Shown here: positions 1 through 10,564 of the stretch, piece after piece
Position numbering within the stretch: position 1 is the stretch's first letter
Layout of the letters: the number at the start of each line of letters is the position of its first letter
Source: Alphaproteobacteria bacterium
GTDB taxonomy: Bacteria > Pseudomonadota > Alphaproteobacteria > UBA828
Reading direction: 5' to 3'
DNA length: 64,000 nt
NCBI GenBank assembly: GCA_963667785.2
Contig: CAXXMU010000006.1
Span: 864,001 to 928,000 of the forward strand
Made by a program: the position numbers and the translations under genes
The notes under the pieces: model-generated
Seen by the model: only the letters and a program-made list of their open reading frames with translations
Told to the model about the DNA's origin: nothing
Databases searched by the model: none

Positions 1-319
1 CGGCGGAGACCACGCCGTGCGCCTCCTGGTCGCGCACGGCGTCGATCGCGAGCCGCATGCTCGAGCCCTGGCGCTGGCGCAGCGCCTGCACCGGCTTGTC
101 GTCGTCGGCGATCACCTCGTCGGCGTGGTGAACGGTGCTCACCTGCCTGAGCCGCTTGAAGCGGTCGAGGCCCGAGGCGATGGCCGATTCCTTGCCGAAG
201 AACATGAAGCGCAGGTGCGGATAGCGGATGCGCGCGATGTTCGCGCCGCGGATCACCACGCCGGGCGCGCCGTCGCCGCCCATGGCGTCGAGGGCGATCA
301 CGATCTCCGGGTTGCTCAT
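1..319 (-). CDS. plsX: Phosphate acyltransferase PlsX (N-terminal part; runs off window start)
   Basis: Manual minus-strand translation gives MSNPEIVIALDAMGGDGAP...DDDKPVQALR...SSMRLAIDAVRD. It has the PlsX DAMGGD motif and follows rpmF. Confidence 0.93.
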   Translation of the reverse strand, partial: MSNPEIVIALDAMGGDGAPGVVIRGANIARIRYPHLRFMFFGKESAIASGLDRFKRLRQVSTVHHADEVIADDDKPVQALRQRQGSSMRLAIDAVRDQEAHGVVSA

Positions 320-350
320 GCGCGGGCCTTCGCCTCGGCCTGCTGGGCGG

Positions 351-530
351 CTAGGCCTCGCCCTCGATCACCTCGCGGCCCTTGTAGTAGCCGCAGGCCC
401 GGCACACATGGTGGGGCAGCTTCTGTTCCCCGCAATTGGGGCACTCCGCCGGGTTGGCCTTCGCCAGCGCGTCATGGGAACGACGGCTGCCGCGCCGTGC
501 GCGGGATACCTTTTTCTTCGGGACGGCCAT
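351..530 (-). CDS. rpmF: 50S ribosomal protein L32 (CxxC zinc-ribbon type)
   Basis: Manual translation: [59 protein letters not shown]. At 59 aa it is absent from the ORF track. Confidence 0.97.
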   Translation of the reverse strand: MAVPKKKVSRARRGSRRSHDALAKANPAECPNCGEQKLPHHVCRACGYYKGREVIEGEA

Positions 531-638
531 CGACAGCTTCTCACCGCTAGACTGTGCCGGCGCCGGATCATCGCGTCGGCCGCTTGGGACCGACCGACGT
601 GCGGCGACCGCGCCGGCACTACACCATCGCCTCGCACA

Positions 639-1211
639 TTACAATTTGCTTTTCAGTTGGCCAAGCGCCGCGAAGGGTTTTGCGGCCGAATCCTCGCTTT
701 CTGCGCCCTTTTCCTCACCGCTCCCGCCTGCCGCGTAAGTGAGCGGCCCGACCGGCGCCTCCGGGTGGCGCGGATAGGGGTCGAGGGCGAGCGCGAGATG
801 CTCCGCCACCAGCGCGGCGGCATCGATGCCCTCGTCGGTCAGCGGCTCGGCATCCTCGCCCTCCGTCGCCACCTCCACCTCGCGCTCGGCCGTCTCCGCC
901 GGCGGCGGCGCGAAGAGGGCGGAGACGGCCTCGTGCAGCACGCAGGGCACGGGCTCGAGCGTCACGACACAGCGCTGGGCCAGCTGCGCCCGGAGCGTCC
1001 CGCTCACGCGGATGGCGCCCTCGGCGTCCGTCGCCGGCTCGAAGCGGAGCGTCGCCGCCAGCGCCTCCAGCGCGAGCAGGTCGAGGCGGGCGGCGAGCGC
1101 CTCCCGCTCGGCCGCCGAGGCCTCGTAGGAGAGGGTGAGGCCGCGCTCGCCCACCTCTTCCGGCGCGACGAGCCGCCGCTCGCCTGCGCCCGCGCCTGCG
1201 TCGGCGCTCAT
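639..1211 (-). CDS. YceD/DUF177 family protein
   Basis: Q.CVVTLEPV and LALALDPYPR motifs, C-terminal PFAALGQLK, located upstream of rpmF. Confidence 0.9.
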   Translation of the reverse strand: MSADAGAGAGERRLVAPEEVGERGLTLSYEASAAEREALAARLDLLALEALAATLRFEPATDAEGAIRVSGTLRAQLAQRCVVTLEPVPCVLHEAVSALFAPPPAETAEREVEVATEGEDAEPLTDEGIDAAALVAEHLALALDPYPRHPEAPVGPLTYAAGGSGEEKGAESEDSAAKPFAALGQLKSKL

Positions 1212-1804
1212 GGATCGGCGTCCGCCGCGGCCGCCTCAGCGAGGGGGGGCACCGGCGGCAGCCCGACCTCGCCGGCGAGAAGCGCCGCCGCGCTCTGGCC
1301 GTCGAGCGCGTCCAGCAGCGTCTCGACATAGCCGGCCATCGCGGCGACACGGTCGGCGGGCGGCGGGTCGTCGTTGTAGACGTTGCGTTCCAGCGCCTCG
1401 GCGATGGCGCGGCGGCGGCCCTCGCCAGGCGGCTCGCCGAAGGCGCGATCATAGGCGAGGGCGCGGCCGTAGAAGGCACGCGCCATCTGCTTCACCCGCT
1501 TGCCGACGCGCAGGTCGCCCACGCCCATCTCCCGCAGGCTCTGGTCCATGTCGTCGAACATCACGTCGAAGAGGGCTTGGGCGAGCTGCCGGCCTGCCTC
1601 GTCGCACTGGCGCAGCCTGCGCATCAGCGGCACCACATGCAGGACGATCAGGTCGAAGCGGCCGTCCAGCGTGTCCGCCACGCCGCCGCCGGTGTAGAGG
1701 GCCGGATCGCGGGCCTGACGCACCGCGGCGGTATAGAGGCGGCGGGCGGCCTCGCGCCGGCGCCGACGCCCCTTCAGATGGCGCCAGACGCGGCCCAACA
1801 CCAC
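1208..1804 (-). CDS. Ubiquinol-cytochrome c chaperone (Cbp3/UQCC1 family)
   Basis: VADTLDGRFD..LH, DMDQSLREMGVGD, AFYGR..AY motifs. Confidence 0.9.
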   Translation of the reverse strand: MVLGRVWRHLKGRRRRREAARRLYTAAVRQARDPALYTGGGVADTLDGRFDLIVLHVVPLMRRLRQCDEAGRQLAQALFDVMFDDMDQSLREMGVGDLRVGKRVKQMARAFYGRALAYDRAFGEPPGEGRRRAIAEALERNVYNDDPPPADRVAAMAGYVETLLDALDGQSAAALLAGEVGLPPVPPLAEAAAADADP

Positions 1805-1893
1805 GACGACTCGTCCCTCCCGGCGGCGGCGCCGTTGACACGCCCCGGCGAGGCGAGCAGGTTTGCGCCGGTCATCGAATGGGGGCGACCTCC

Positions 1894-2388
1894 ATGAAGC
1901 GCCGGCACGGAGCAGCGGCGAGACAGGCGGGGCCAGCGCCCGGCCCGCGCGCCCGGCGGGCGCTGCTCGGCTGCGCGCTGGCGGCGGCCGTTCTCGCCGG
2001 ATGCACGCCGCAGCTCCACAACGAGGGCCATGTCCGCAATCCCGATGCGCTGGCCGAGATCGAGCCCGGCGTGCAGACCCGCGACGAGGTCGCCCGCCTG
2101 CTGGGCACGCCGTCCGCGATGGCGACCTTCGACGACAGGCGCTGGTACTACATCTCCCGCCGCACCGAGACGGTCGCGTTCAACGCGCCTGAGCTGATCG
2201 AGCTGCAGATCACCGTGATCGACTTCGACGAGAACGGCGTGGTCTCGCGGGTCGCCTCGATATCGCCGGACGAGGCGCGCGAGATCGACCCGGTCGACGA
2301 GGAGAGCCCGACGCGCGGCCGCTCCGCCGGCGTGCTCGAGCAGCTCCTCGGCAATGTCGGCCGGCCGCTCCCGACCACCGGCCAGTAG
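1894..2388 (+). CDS. bamE: Outer membrane protein assembly lipoprotein BamE
   Basis: Lipobox LAGC; TRDEV..LLGTPS...WYY; FDENGVV; conserved position between cbp3 and hppA. Confidence 0.88.
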   Translation: MKRRHGAAARQAGPAPGPRARRALLGCALAAAVLAGCTPQLHNEGHVRNPDALAEIEPGVQTRDEVARLLGTPSAMATFDDRRWYYISRRTETVAFNAPELIELQITVIDFDENGVVSRVASISPDEAREIDPVDEESPTRGRSAGVLEQLLGNVGRPLPTTGQ

Positions 2389-2429
2389 GGCGCCGCGCGC
2401 CGACGATACCCCCGCCCGGCCGCGGCGCA

Positions 2430-4523
2430 TCAGCCGGAGACGAACTTCGCGATGATGGCCAGCAACAGGATCGCCACGATGTTGGTGATCTTGATCATCG
2501 GGTTGATGGCGGGCCCGGCGGTGTCCTTGTAGGGATCGCCCACGGTATCGCCCGTGACCGCGGCCTTGTGGCTTTCCGAGCCCTTGCCGCCGTGGTTGCC
2601 GTCCTCGATGTACTTCTTCGCGTTGTCCCAGGCGCCACCGCCCGCGGTCATGGCGATGGCGAGGAAGAGCCCGGTGACGATCGTGCCCATGAGCGCGGCG
2701 CCCAGCGCCGAGAAGCCGGCCGACTGGCCCGCGATCGCCCAGATCACGATGTAGAGCAGGATCGGCGCCAGGATCGGCAGCAGCGAGGGAAGGATCATCT
2801 CGCGGATCGCCGCCTTGGTCAGCAGGTCGACGGCACGGCCGTATTCCGGCTTGCCGGTCCCCTCCATGATGCCCGGGATCTCCCTGAACTGACGGCGCAC
2901 CTCGAGCACGACCGCGCCTGCGGCGCGGCCGACCGCGAGCATCGCCATCGAGCCGAAGAGGAAGGGCAGGAGCCCGCCGAAGAAGAGGCCCACCACCACG
3001 TAGGGGTTGCTGAGGGAGAAATCGAGCTCGACGCCGGGGAAGTATCGCACCACGTCCTCGGTATAGGCCGCGAACAGCACCAGCGCGGCGAGGCCGGCCG
3101 AGGCGATGGCGTAGCCCTTGGTCACCGCCTTGGTGGTGTTGCCGACCGCATCCAGCGCGTCGGTGGTCTTGCGCACGTCCTCGTCCAGCTCGGCCATCTC
3201 GGCGATGCCGCCGGCGTTGTCGGTGACGGGCCCGTAGGCATCGAGCGCCACCACCATGCCGGCCAGCGCCAGCATCGCGGTCACGGCGACGGCGATGCCG
3301 AAGAGCCCGGCGGCGAGATAAGCGAGGATGATGCCTGCGGAGATGATGATCGCGGGGATCGCCGTCGCCTGCATCGAGACCGCGAGCCCCTGGATGATGT
3401 TGGTGGCATCGCCCGTCGTGGACGCCTTGGCGATGCCCTTCACCGGCCTGAATTCGGTCGAGGTGTAGTACTCGGTGACCCAGATCATGAGCCCGGTCAC
3501 CACCAGCCCGATCAGCCCGCAGAGGAAGAGGTCGAGGCCGGACGCCGTCACCCCGCTCACGGTGAACTCGGTGCTCCAGCCCACCACCCAGTCGGTGATC
3601 GGATAGAAGGCGACGGCCGAGAGCACGGCCGAGACCAGGAAGCCGCGGTAGAGCGCGGGCATGATCTTCTGGCTCTTGCCGAGCCGGACGAAGAACGTGC
3701 CGATCACCGAGGCCAGGATGCAGGCGCCGCCGATGGCCAGCGGATAGAGCATGAGCGATTGCTGCAACGGCCCGGTGAAGAACACCGCCGCCAGCAGCAT
3801 GGTGGCGACGATGGTGACGGCATAGGTCTCGAAGAGGTCCGCCGCCATGCCGGCGCAGTCGCCCACATTGTCGCCCACGTTGTCGGCGATCACCGCGGGA
3901 TTGCGCGGGTCGTCCTCGGGGATTCCCGCCTCCACCTTGCCCACCAGGTCGGCGCCTACGTCGGCGCCCTTGGTGAAGATGCCGCCGCCCAAACGCGCGA
4001 AGATCGAGATCAGCGAGCCGCCGAAGCCGAGTGCGACGAGCGCCTCCAGCACCTTCTTCGTCTCCACGTCGGCGATCAGCAGGATCGCGTAGTAGACCGC
4101 GACGCCGAGGAGGCCGAGCCCCACCACCAGGAGACCGGTGATCGCGCCGGAGCGGAAGGCCACGCCCAGCGCCGGCTTGAGCCCGCCGGTCCTGGCCGCG
4201 TCCGCGGTCCGCACGTTCGCCCGCACCGAGACGTGCATGCCGATATAGCCGGCTGCACCCGACAGCACCGCGCCGATGAGGAAGCCGATACCCACGAGGT
4301 AGCCGAGCAGCCCGGTCAGGATGCCGAACAGCACCAGGCCGACGAAGGCGATCGTCAGGTACTGGCGGTTGAGGTAGGCGCGCGCGCCTTCCTGCACGGC
4401 GCCGGCGATCTCCTGCATGCGCTCGTTGCCGGCGCTCGCGGCGAGCACCGAGCGGGTGGCATAGAGACCGTAGGCGAGGGCGACGAGTCCGCAGCCCACG
4501 GCAAACCAAAGGATTGCTGACAT
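2430..4523 (-). CDS. hppA: Membrane H+-translocating pyrophosphatase, K+-independent type
   Basis: [30 protein letters not shown] and [11 protein letters not shown] motifs; GNTTKA (Lys) marks the K+-independent class. Confidence 0.96.
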   Translation of the reverse strand: MSAILWFAVGCGLVALAYGLYATRSVLAASAGNERMQEIAGAVQEGARAYLNRQYLTIAFVGLVLFGILTGLLGYLVGIGFLIGAVLSGAAGYIGMHVSVRANVRTADAARTGGLKPALGVAFRSGAITGLLVVGLGLLGVAVYYAILLIADVETKKVLEALVALGFGGSLISIFARLGGGIFTKGADVGADLVGKVEAGIPEDDPRNPAVIADNVGDNVGDCAGMAADLFETYAVTIVATMLLAAVFFTGPLQQSLMLYPLAIGGACILASVIGTFFVRLGKSQKIMPALYRGFLVSAVLSAVAFYPITDWVVGWSTEFTVSGVTASGLDLFLCGLIGLVVTGLMIWVTEYYTSTEFRPVKGIAKASTTGDATNIIQGLAVSMQATAIPAIIISAGIILAYLAAGLFGIAVAVTAMLALAGMVVALDAYGPVTDNAGGIAEMAELDEDVRKTTDALDAVGNTTKAVTKGYAIASAGLAALVLFAAYTEDVVRYFPGVELDFSLSNPYVVVGLFFGGLLPFLFGSMAMLAVGRAAGAVVLEVRRQFREIPGIMEGTGKPEYGRAVDLLTKAAIREMILPSLLPILAPILLYIVIWAIAGQSAGFSALGAALMGTIVTGLFLAIAMTAGGGAWDNAKKYIEDGNHGGKGSESHKAAVTGDTVGDPYKDTAGPAINPMIKITNIVAILLLAIIAKFVSG

Positions 4524-4722
4524 GGTGGCAACCTCGTGAGGCGATGGGGAAAAAGGCGCGTGCGCGCGCGGCCGCGCGCCGGGGGCGGCCCTCCGGCGCG
4601 GCGGAAAATGACAGAAGCGCGCTGCGAACGCAACCTGAGCGCCGGAGACCCGTTGCCCGGCAGCTCACGAGCGTGAGAACAGGATGGGCCGGGCCGCAAC
4701 GCGGCCCGGACGGCGCGACTGC

Positions 4723-4814
4723 GCGTCGCACGTCCACGTGCGCGGGCGCACGATGCGCGAAGCGCGTAGCCAAGCGAGCGTCGCGCGTCCACGCGCGCTG
4801 GAACGCACGATGCG
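4723..4814. repeat. Two tandem copies of a ~35-bp palindromic unit (GTCGCRCGTCCACGYGCG...CGCACGATGCG)
   Basis: Copies at 4723-4757 and 4778-4814; a third, inverted copy lies at 38689-38723. Confidence 0.75.
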
Positions 4815-4911
4815 AGCGCCCGGCGCCTGAGGGATTGGAATGAGTCCCCGGGCTGGTACGGGCGGGGCGCGCTGGTATAGTGCGCGCGCTTTCGGAACGG
4901 GGAGAGGGCGG

Positions 4912-5766
4912 ATGAAGCTGTTGCGCGTTGGCGAGGCGGGCGCCGAGCGGCCCGCGGTGAGGCTGGACGACGGGCGCATCATCGACGTGTCCAGCGCCGT
5001 CGGCGAGATCGACGGCGCCTGGCTCGAGGGCGGCGGGGTCGAGCGGCTGGCGGCGGCGCTCGCCGACGGCGCCGATCGCTTCCCGAGCGTCGATCCCGGC
5101 ACGCGGATCGGCCCGCCCGTGGCGCGGCCAGGGCACATCATCGCCATCGGCCTCAACTTCGCCGACCACGCCAAGGAAGCCGGCATGGACCTGCCGACGG
5201 AGCCGGTGGTCTTCTCCAAGGCGCCGAGCTCCTACGCCGGACCGGACGACGACGTGCTGATCCCGCGCGGCAGCACCAAGACCGACTGGGAGGTCGAGCT
5301 CGGCGTGGTGATCGGGCGGACGGCCGAGTACCTGCCGGATGACGAGGCGGCGCTGGCCCATGTCGCCGGCTACTGCATCTGCAACGATGTCTCCGAGCGC
5401 GACTTCCAGCTCCAGCACGGCCCCACCTGGATCAAGGGCAAGTCGGCCCGGACCTTCTGCCCCGCCGGCCCCTGGCTGGTCACCAGCGACGAGATGCCCG
5501 ACCCGCAGAGCCTTGCCATGACTCTCTCGATCAACGGCGAGCTGCGCCAGACCGGCAGCACCGCCACGATGATCTTCGGCGTCGCCCACCTCGTCCGCTA
5601 TCTCAGCCAGTTCATGGTGCTGGAGGCGGGCGACCTGATCTCCACCGGCACCCCGCCGGGCGTTGGCATGGGCATGAAGCCGCCGGTCTACCTCAAGGCG
5701 GGCGACGTGATGGAGCTGGAGATCGAGGGTCTGGGCCGGCAGCGCCAGGCCATCCGCCAGGCCTGA
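4912..5766 (+). CDS. Fumarylacetoacetate hydrolase family protein
   Basis: IGLNFADH, DWEVELGVVIG, NDVSERDFQ, GDLISTGTPPGVG. Confidence 0.92.
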   Translation: MKLLRVGEAGAERPAVRLDDGRIIDVSSAVGEIDGAWLEGGGVERLAAALADGADRFPSVDPGTRIGPPVARPGHIIAIGLNFADHAKEAGMDLPTEPVVFSKAPSSYAGPDDDVLIPRGSTKTDWEVELGVVIGRTAEYLPDDEAALAHVAGYCICNDVSERDFQLQHGPTWIKGKSARTFCPAGPWLVTSDEMPDPQSLAMTLSINGELRQTGSTATMIFGVAHLVRYLSQFMVLEAGDLISTGTPPGVGMGMKPPVYLKAGDVMELEIEGLGRQRQAIRQA

Positions 5767-5782
5767 GCGTCGCCGTCATCGA

Positions 5783-5811
5783 TTGACAGGGGCAGGGGTG
5801 CTCCCTATGGT
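5783..5811 (+). promoter_or_regulatory. Sigma70-type promoter for the L36 gene
   Basis: TTGACA-N17-TATGGT, 26 nt upstream of the ATG. Confidence 0.7.
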
Positions 5812-5837
5812 GCGCCGCCCTTGCCCGAGAGGTCGCC

Positions 5838-5963
5838 ATGAAGGTCTTCAACTCGCTCCGCGCCGCCAAGCGGCGCCACAAGGACTGCCAGATCGTACGC
5901 CGCAAGGGGCGGGTTCTGGTCATCAACAAGCGCAACCCGCGCTTCAAGGCCCGCCAGGGCTGA
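5838..5963 (+). CDS. ykgO: 50S ribosomal protein L36, type B (zinc-free)
   Basis: Manual translation: [41 protein letters not shown]; GAGG RBS. Confidence 0.96.
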   Translation: MKVFNSLRAAKRRHKDCQIVRRKGRVLVINKRNPRFKARQG

Positions 5964-6010
5964 TCCCGCGCGCACGCCGCCCCGAGGCGCGGGCGCGGCG
6001 GCCCTCCGCA

Positions 6011-6039
6011 TTGACGGGCGGCGCGCGCACGCCGACAAT
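6011..6039 (+). promoter_or_regulatory. Candidate sigma70 promoter for glcDEF
   Basis: TTGACG-N17-GACAAT. Confidence 0.45.
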
Positions 6040-6098
6040 CCGCTACCCCCACGAAGAAGGGCCCGCGCCGGGCCCCGAAAGGTGTTGCCGTGATCGCC

Positions 6099-7580
6099 AT
6101 GCCTGAGCCCGACGCGGGCGTCATCAGCCAGCGCCAGTCCCTGGTCGCCGCGCTGCGCAAGCTGCTGCCCGAGGACTGCGTGGTCGACGACGAGCGCGGC
6201 CTGCGCGCCTTCGAGTGCGACGGCCTCAGCGCCTACCGGGCGCTGCCGATGATCGTCGTCCTGCCGCGCGACACGGGCGAGGTGAGCCGCGTGCTGTCCC
6301 TCTGCCACGAGCGCGGCGTCAAGATCGTGCCGCGCGGCGCCGGTACCGGGCTCTCCGGCGGGGCGCTGCCGCTCGCCGACGGGGTCACGGTGGGCTTCGG
6401 CAAGCTCAACCGCATCCTCGAGATCGACACCGCCAACCGCTGCGCGGTGGTACAGCCCGGCGTGGCCAATCTCGCCATCAGCACCGCCGTCGGCCCCCAC
6501 GGCTTCTACTACGCGCCGGATCCCTCCAGCCAGCTCGCCTGCTCCATCGGCGGCAACGTCGCCGAGAACTCCGGCGGCGTGCATTGCCTCAAGTACGGGC
6601 TCACCACCAACAACCTGCTCGGCGTCGAGATGGTGCTGATGGACGGCGAGGTTCTCCGCCTCGGCGGCAAGCAATTCGATGCCGAGGGCTACGACCTGCT
6701 CGGCGTGGTGACCGGCTCGGAGGGGTTGCTCGGCGTCGTCACCGAGGTGACGGTGCGCATCCTCCCCAAGCCCGCCACCGTGCGCGCGCTGCTGCTGGGC
6801 TTTCCGGACAACGCATCGGCCGGCGCCTGCGTGGGCGAGATCATCGCCGCCGGCATCATCCCGGCCGGGCTGGAGATGATGGACAAGCCGGCGATCGACG
6901 CGGCGGAGAGCTTCTGCCAGGCCGGCTACCCCATGGACGTCGAGGCCATCCTGATCTGCGAGCTGGACGGGCCCGCGGTCGAGGTCGACGAGCTCGCGGC
7001 GCTGGTGGGCGATCTCGCCCGCAAGGCCGGCGCGACCACGATCCGGACCAGCGCCAGCGACGAGGAGCGCGAGCGCTTCTGGCTCGGACGCAAGTCCGCC
7101 TTCGCCGCCGCCGGCCGCATGGCGCCCGACTACTACGTGATGGACGGCACGATCCCGCGCGCCCGCCTGCCCGAGATCCTGACGCGGATCGGCGAGCTCT
7201 CCCGCGAATACGACCTGCCGGTCGCCAACGTCTTCCACGCCGGCGACGGCAACCTGCATCCGCTCATCATGTACGACGCCAGCGTCCCCGGCGCGCTGCA
7301 GCGCACGGAGGAGATGGGGGCGGAGATCCTCAAGCTCTGCGTCGAGGTCGGCGGCGTGCTAACCGGCGAGCACGGCGTCGGCATCGAGAAGCGCGACCTG
7401 ATGGGCGCGATGTTCACCGAGGACGACCTCAAGCAGCAGCAGAGGATCAAGTGCGCCTTCGATCCCGACCAGCTGCTCAATCCCGGCAAGGTCTTCCCGA
7501 CGCTCCACCGCTGCGCCGAGCTCGGCCAGATGCACGTGCATCGCGGCGAGACGCCCTTCCCCGACCTGCCCCGCTTCTGA
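6099..7580 (+). CDS. glcD: Glycolate oxidase subunit GlcD
   Basis: PRGAGTGLSGG, PDPSSQ.ACSIGGN, HAGDGNLHP, GEHGVG.EK; alternative GTG start at 6090. Confidence 0.93.
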   Translation: MPEPDAGVISQRQSLVAALRKLLPEDCVVDDERGLRAFECDGLSAYRALPMIVVLPRDTGEVSRVLSLCHERGVKIVPRGAGTGLSGGALPLADGVTVGFGKLNRILEIDTANRCAVVQPGVANLAISTAVGPHGFYYAPDPSSQLACSIGGNVAENSGGVHCLKYGLTTNNLLGVEMVLMDGEVLRLGGKQFDAEGYDLLGVVTGSEGLLGVVTEVTVRILPKPATVRALLLGFPDNASAGACVGEIIAAGIIPAGLEMMDKPAIDAAESFCQAGYPMDVEAILICELDGPAVEVDELAALVGDLARKAGATTIRTSASDEERERFWLGRKSAFAAAGRMAPDYYVMDGTIPRARLPEILTRIGELSREYDLPVANVFHAGDGNLHPLIMYDASVPGALQRTEEMGAEILKLCVEVGGVLTGEHGVGIEKRDLMGAMFTEDDLKQQQRIKCAFDPDQLLNPGKVFPTLHRCAELGQMHVHRGETPFPDLPRF

Positions 7581-8800
7581 TGGCCGACAGCCTGGCGCCG
7601 ACGGATGCGGACGGCCTCGCGGACGCCGTCCGCTGGGCGGTCGCGGGCGAGCGGCCGCTGGAGGTGGTTGCCGGCGGCTCCAAGCGGCGCCTCGGCCGGC
7701 CGGTGCAGAGCGCGGCCAGCCTCGCGCTCGGCGCGTTCGACGGCATCGTCGACTACGAGCCTTCCGAGCTGGTGCTCACCGCGCAGGCCGCGACGCCGCT
7801 CGCCGCCATCGAGGCCGCAGTCGAGTCCGAGCGCCAGATGCTGGCGTTCGAGCCCGCTGACTATGCGCCGCTGCTGGGTGCTGCGGACGCCGCTGCGACG
7901 CTCGGCGGTGCGCTCGCCTGCAACCTCTCCGGCCCGCGTCGGATCAAGGCGGGCGCCGCCCGCGATCACTTCCTCGGCGTGCATGCGGTGAGCGGCCGGG
8001 GCGAGCGCTTCAAGGCCGGCGGCCGCGTGGTCAAGAACGTCACCGGCTACGACGTCTGCAAGTTGCTCGCGGGCTCCTACGGCACGCTCGCCGTCATGCA
8101 CGAGGTGACGATCAAGATCCTGCCCGCGCCGGAACGGACGCGCACGGTCCTGGTCTACGGCCTCGAGCCCGGCGACGCGCTGCAGGCGCTCGGCGCGGCG
8201 CTCTCGAGTGCCCACGAGGTCTCGGGCGCGGCTCACATGCCGGCCGAGGTCGCAGCCCGCTCGGCGGTGTCCTATGTGGCCGGCGCAGGTGCTGCGGTCA
8301 CCGCTGTCCGCATCGAGGGCTTCCCCGCCTCCGTGGCGGCGCGCTGCGACGCGTTGCGCGACCTGCTCGGGCGCTTCGGCGCGGTCGAGGAGCTGCATTC
8401 CAGGAACTCGGCGGCGCTGTGGCGCGAGATTCGGGACGTGCGGGCCTTCGCCGCCGACAGCGGGCCGCTCTGGCGCCTCTCGGTGCCGCCGGAGGCGGGC
8501 GCTGCCGCGGCCGCGCTGGTGGCGGGCGAGACGCGGGCCCGCGCGCTCTTCGATTGGGGCGGCGGCCTCGTCTGGCTCGCCGTCGACGGCGCCGACGATG
8601 CGGGAGAGGCTGCCGTGCGCGCCGCGGCGGCCGCGGCGGGCGGGCACGCGACGCTGGTTCGCGCGGATGCGCCGACCCGGGCGGCGCGCGCCGTGTTCCA
8701 GCCGCAGGCGACGGGAGTCGCGGCGTTGACGGCGCGCATCAAGCGGGCCTTCGACCCGGCCGGCGTGCTCAATCCCGGCCGCATGTACGCGGGCGTGTAG
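7580..8800 (+). CDS. glcE: Glycolate oxidase subunit GlcE
   Basis: YEPSELV, GGRVVKNVTGYD, FDPAGVLNPGRM; TGATG overlap with glcD. Confidence 0.93.
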   Translation: MADSLAPTDADGLADAVRWAVAGERPLEVVAGGSKRRLGRPVQSAASLALGAFDGIVDYEPSELVLTAQAATPLAAIEAAVESERQMLAFEPADYAPLLGAADAAATLGGALACNLSGPRRIKAGAARDHFLGVHAVSGRGERFKAGGRVVKNVTGYDVCKLLAGSYGTLAVMHEVTIKILPAPERTRTVLVYGLEPGDALQALGAALSSAHEVSGAAHMPAEVAARSAVSYVAGAGAAVTAVRIEGFPASVAARCDALRDLLGRFGAVEELHSRNSAALWREIRDVRAFAADSGPLWRLSVPPEAGAAAAALVAGETRARALFDWGGGLVWLAVDGADDAGEAAVRAAAAAAGGHATLVRADAPTRAARAVFQPQATGVAALTARIKRAFDPAGVLNPGRMYAGV

Positions 8801-8805
8801 CGGCG

Positions 8806-10110
8806 ATGCAGACGCACTTCTCCGAGAGCCAGCTCGCGCATCCCGCGCTGGCCCAGGCCAACGAGGTGCTCCGCACCTGCGTCCACTGCGGGCTCTGTCT
8901 CTCCACCTGCCCGACCTACACGATACTCGGCGACGAGCGCGACAGTCCGCGCGGGCGCATCTATCTCATCAAGGACATGCTGGAGGCCGACGCGCCGGCG
9001 GACGCCACGGTCACCCGTCACATCGACCGTTGCCTCTCGTGCCTCTCGTGCATGACCACCTGCCCGGCAGGCGTGGACTACATGCATCTGGTCGACCACG
9101 CCCGTGGCCATATCGAACGGACTTGGACGCGCACACCCGCCGAACGGGCGCTTCGCACGGCTCTGAGCATCGTGCTGCCCCGTCCGGGCCTTGCGCGGCT
9201 CGCGCTGCTTGCCGCCCGGGGGCCGGCGCTGCTGGCGCCGCTCTTCGGCGGGCGCCTCGGCGCCCTGCTCCGCCTCGCCGGCCGCCCCTCGTACGGGCCG
9301 AGCTGGGTCGAGCGCCCGCAGGTGATCCCTGCCAGGGGCGCGCGGCGTGCGCGGGTCGCGCTGCTGACGGGCTGCATCCAGAGCGTGCTGAAGCCGGAGA
9401 TCAACGAGGCGGCAGCGCGCCTGCTCGCCCGCCAGGGCTGCGAGGTGGTGATCGTGCGTGGCGCCGGCTGCTGCGGCGCGCTCTCCCACCATCTGGGAGA
9501 CGACGTGCGCGGCCGGGCCCAGGCAGGGCGCACGGCGGCCGCGCTGGCGCGGGAGGCCTCCGCGCGAGGGCTCGACGCCGTCGTCGCCACCGCATCGGGC
9601 TGCGGGACGATGCTCAAGGACTACGGCCACCTGTTCCGGGACGACGAGGCCCGTGCCGCCGACGCGGCAGCGGTCGCCGGCCTCGCCCGCGACATCAGCG
9701 AGGTGCTCGACGGGCTCGGGCTGGCCGGCGCAGGGCCGCCGCCCACCACCGCGCCCGTCGCCTATCACTCGGCCTGCTCGCTGCAGCACGGCCAGCGGAT
9801 CGAGCGGCAGCCGATGGCGCTGCTGGAGGCCGCCGGCTTCACCGTGCGCACGATTCCCGACGGGCATCTCTGCTGCGGATCGGCCGGCACCTATAATATG
9901 ATGCAGCCGGACTTGGCCGGCACGCTGGGCGCACGCAAGGCGGCGGCGATCGAAGGCACCGGGGCGGCCCTTGTGGCCGCAGGCAATATCGGCTGCATGG
10001 TGCAGATCGCGAGCCACACCGCGTTGCCCGTGGTGCACACGGCCGAACTCCTCGACTGGGCAACCGGTGGACCCCGCCCACCGGCGCTCCAACGGCTCGC
10101 CGCCGGATGA
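8806..10110 (+). CDS. glcF: Glycolate oxidase iron-sulfur subunit GlcF
   Basis: CVHCGLCLSTCP, CLSCLSCMTTCP and two CCG domains. Confidence 0.94.
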   Translation: MQTHFSESQLAHPALAQANEVLRTCVHCGLCLSTCPTYTILGDERDSPRGRIYLIKDMLEADAPADATVTRHIDRCLSCLSCMTTCPAGVDYMHLVDHARGHIERTWTRTPAERALRTALSIVLPRPGLARLALLAARGPALLAPLFGGRLGALLRLAGRPSYGPSWVERPQVIPARGARRARVALLTGCIQSVLKPEINEAAARLLARQGCEVVIVRGAGCCGALSHHLGDDVRGRAQAGRTAAALAREASARGLDAVVATASGCGTMLKDYGHLFRDDEARAADAAAVAGLARDISEVLDGLGLAGAGPPPTTAPVAYHSACSLQHGQRIERQPMALLEAAGFTVRTIPDGHLCCGSAGTYNMMQPDLAGTLGARKAAAIEGTGAALVAAGNIGCMVQIASHTALPVVHTAELLDWATGGPRPPALQRLAAG

Positions 10111-10192
10111 CTCGGGCCGGTGACGGCGAGCGCGAACAGGCACACCGCCGATGCGGCACGCGTGCGCATCGCCCGGTGCCGGATAGGTCGCC

Positions 10193-10531
10193 ATGGACCT
10201 GACGATGGAACGGGAGGACGGCGTGCTGACGGTGCGCGTCGAAGGACGTATCGACGGCTCCACCGTCCTGTCGTTCCAGGAGACCGTCGAATCCGCGATC
10301 AAGGGCGGCGATCGCGCGGTGATCGTGGACTGCGAGGCGTTGAGCTATATCGGCAGTGCGGGGCTTCGCACCGTGCTCGGGCTCGCCAAGACCGTCTCCA
10401 ACCGCAATGTGCGATTTGCGCTCTGCTGCCTCTCGGGTCAGGTCCTGGAGATCTTCGAGAAGAGCGGCTTCGACACGATCATCGCGATCCATCCCTCGCG
10501 GGAGGTCGCGCTCGACTCCGTCGACGGCTGA
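10193..10531 (+). CDS. STAS-domain anti-sigma factor antagonist (RsbV/SpoIIAA-like)
   Basis: 112 aa; VEGRID, L.YIGSAGLR with the phospho-acceptor Ser, EIFEKSGF. Confidence 0.9.
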   Translation: MDLTMEREDGVLTVRVEGRIDGSTVLSFQETVESAIKGGDRAVIVDCEALSYIGSAGLRTVLGLAKTVSNRNVRFALCCLSGQVLEIFEKSGFDTIIAIHPSREVALDSVDG

Positions 10532-10564
10532 CGGGCACGAAGCCGACGCCACGCATGACGCGAC

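Noticed and set aside
1774-5589. Very long alternative-frame ORFs (e.g. 1774-5589, 50425-53310, 54714-57056)
   Set aside because: They are Arg/Ala/Pro-rich shadow frames of real genes, expected from stop-codon scarcity at this GC content.
5838-5963. Zinc-free L36 as an adaptation to the broken znu locus
   Set aside because: Type B L36 is the normal form in alphaproteobacteria, it has a plain sigma70 promoter, and L32 here is the zinc-binding type.
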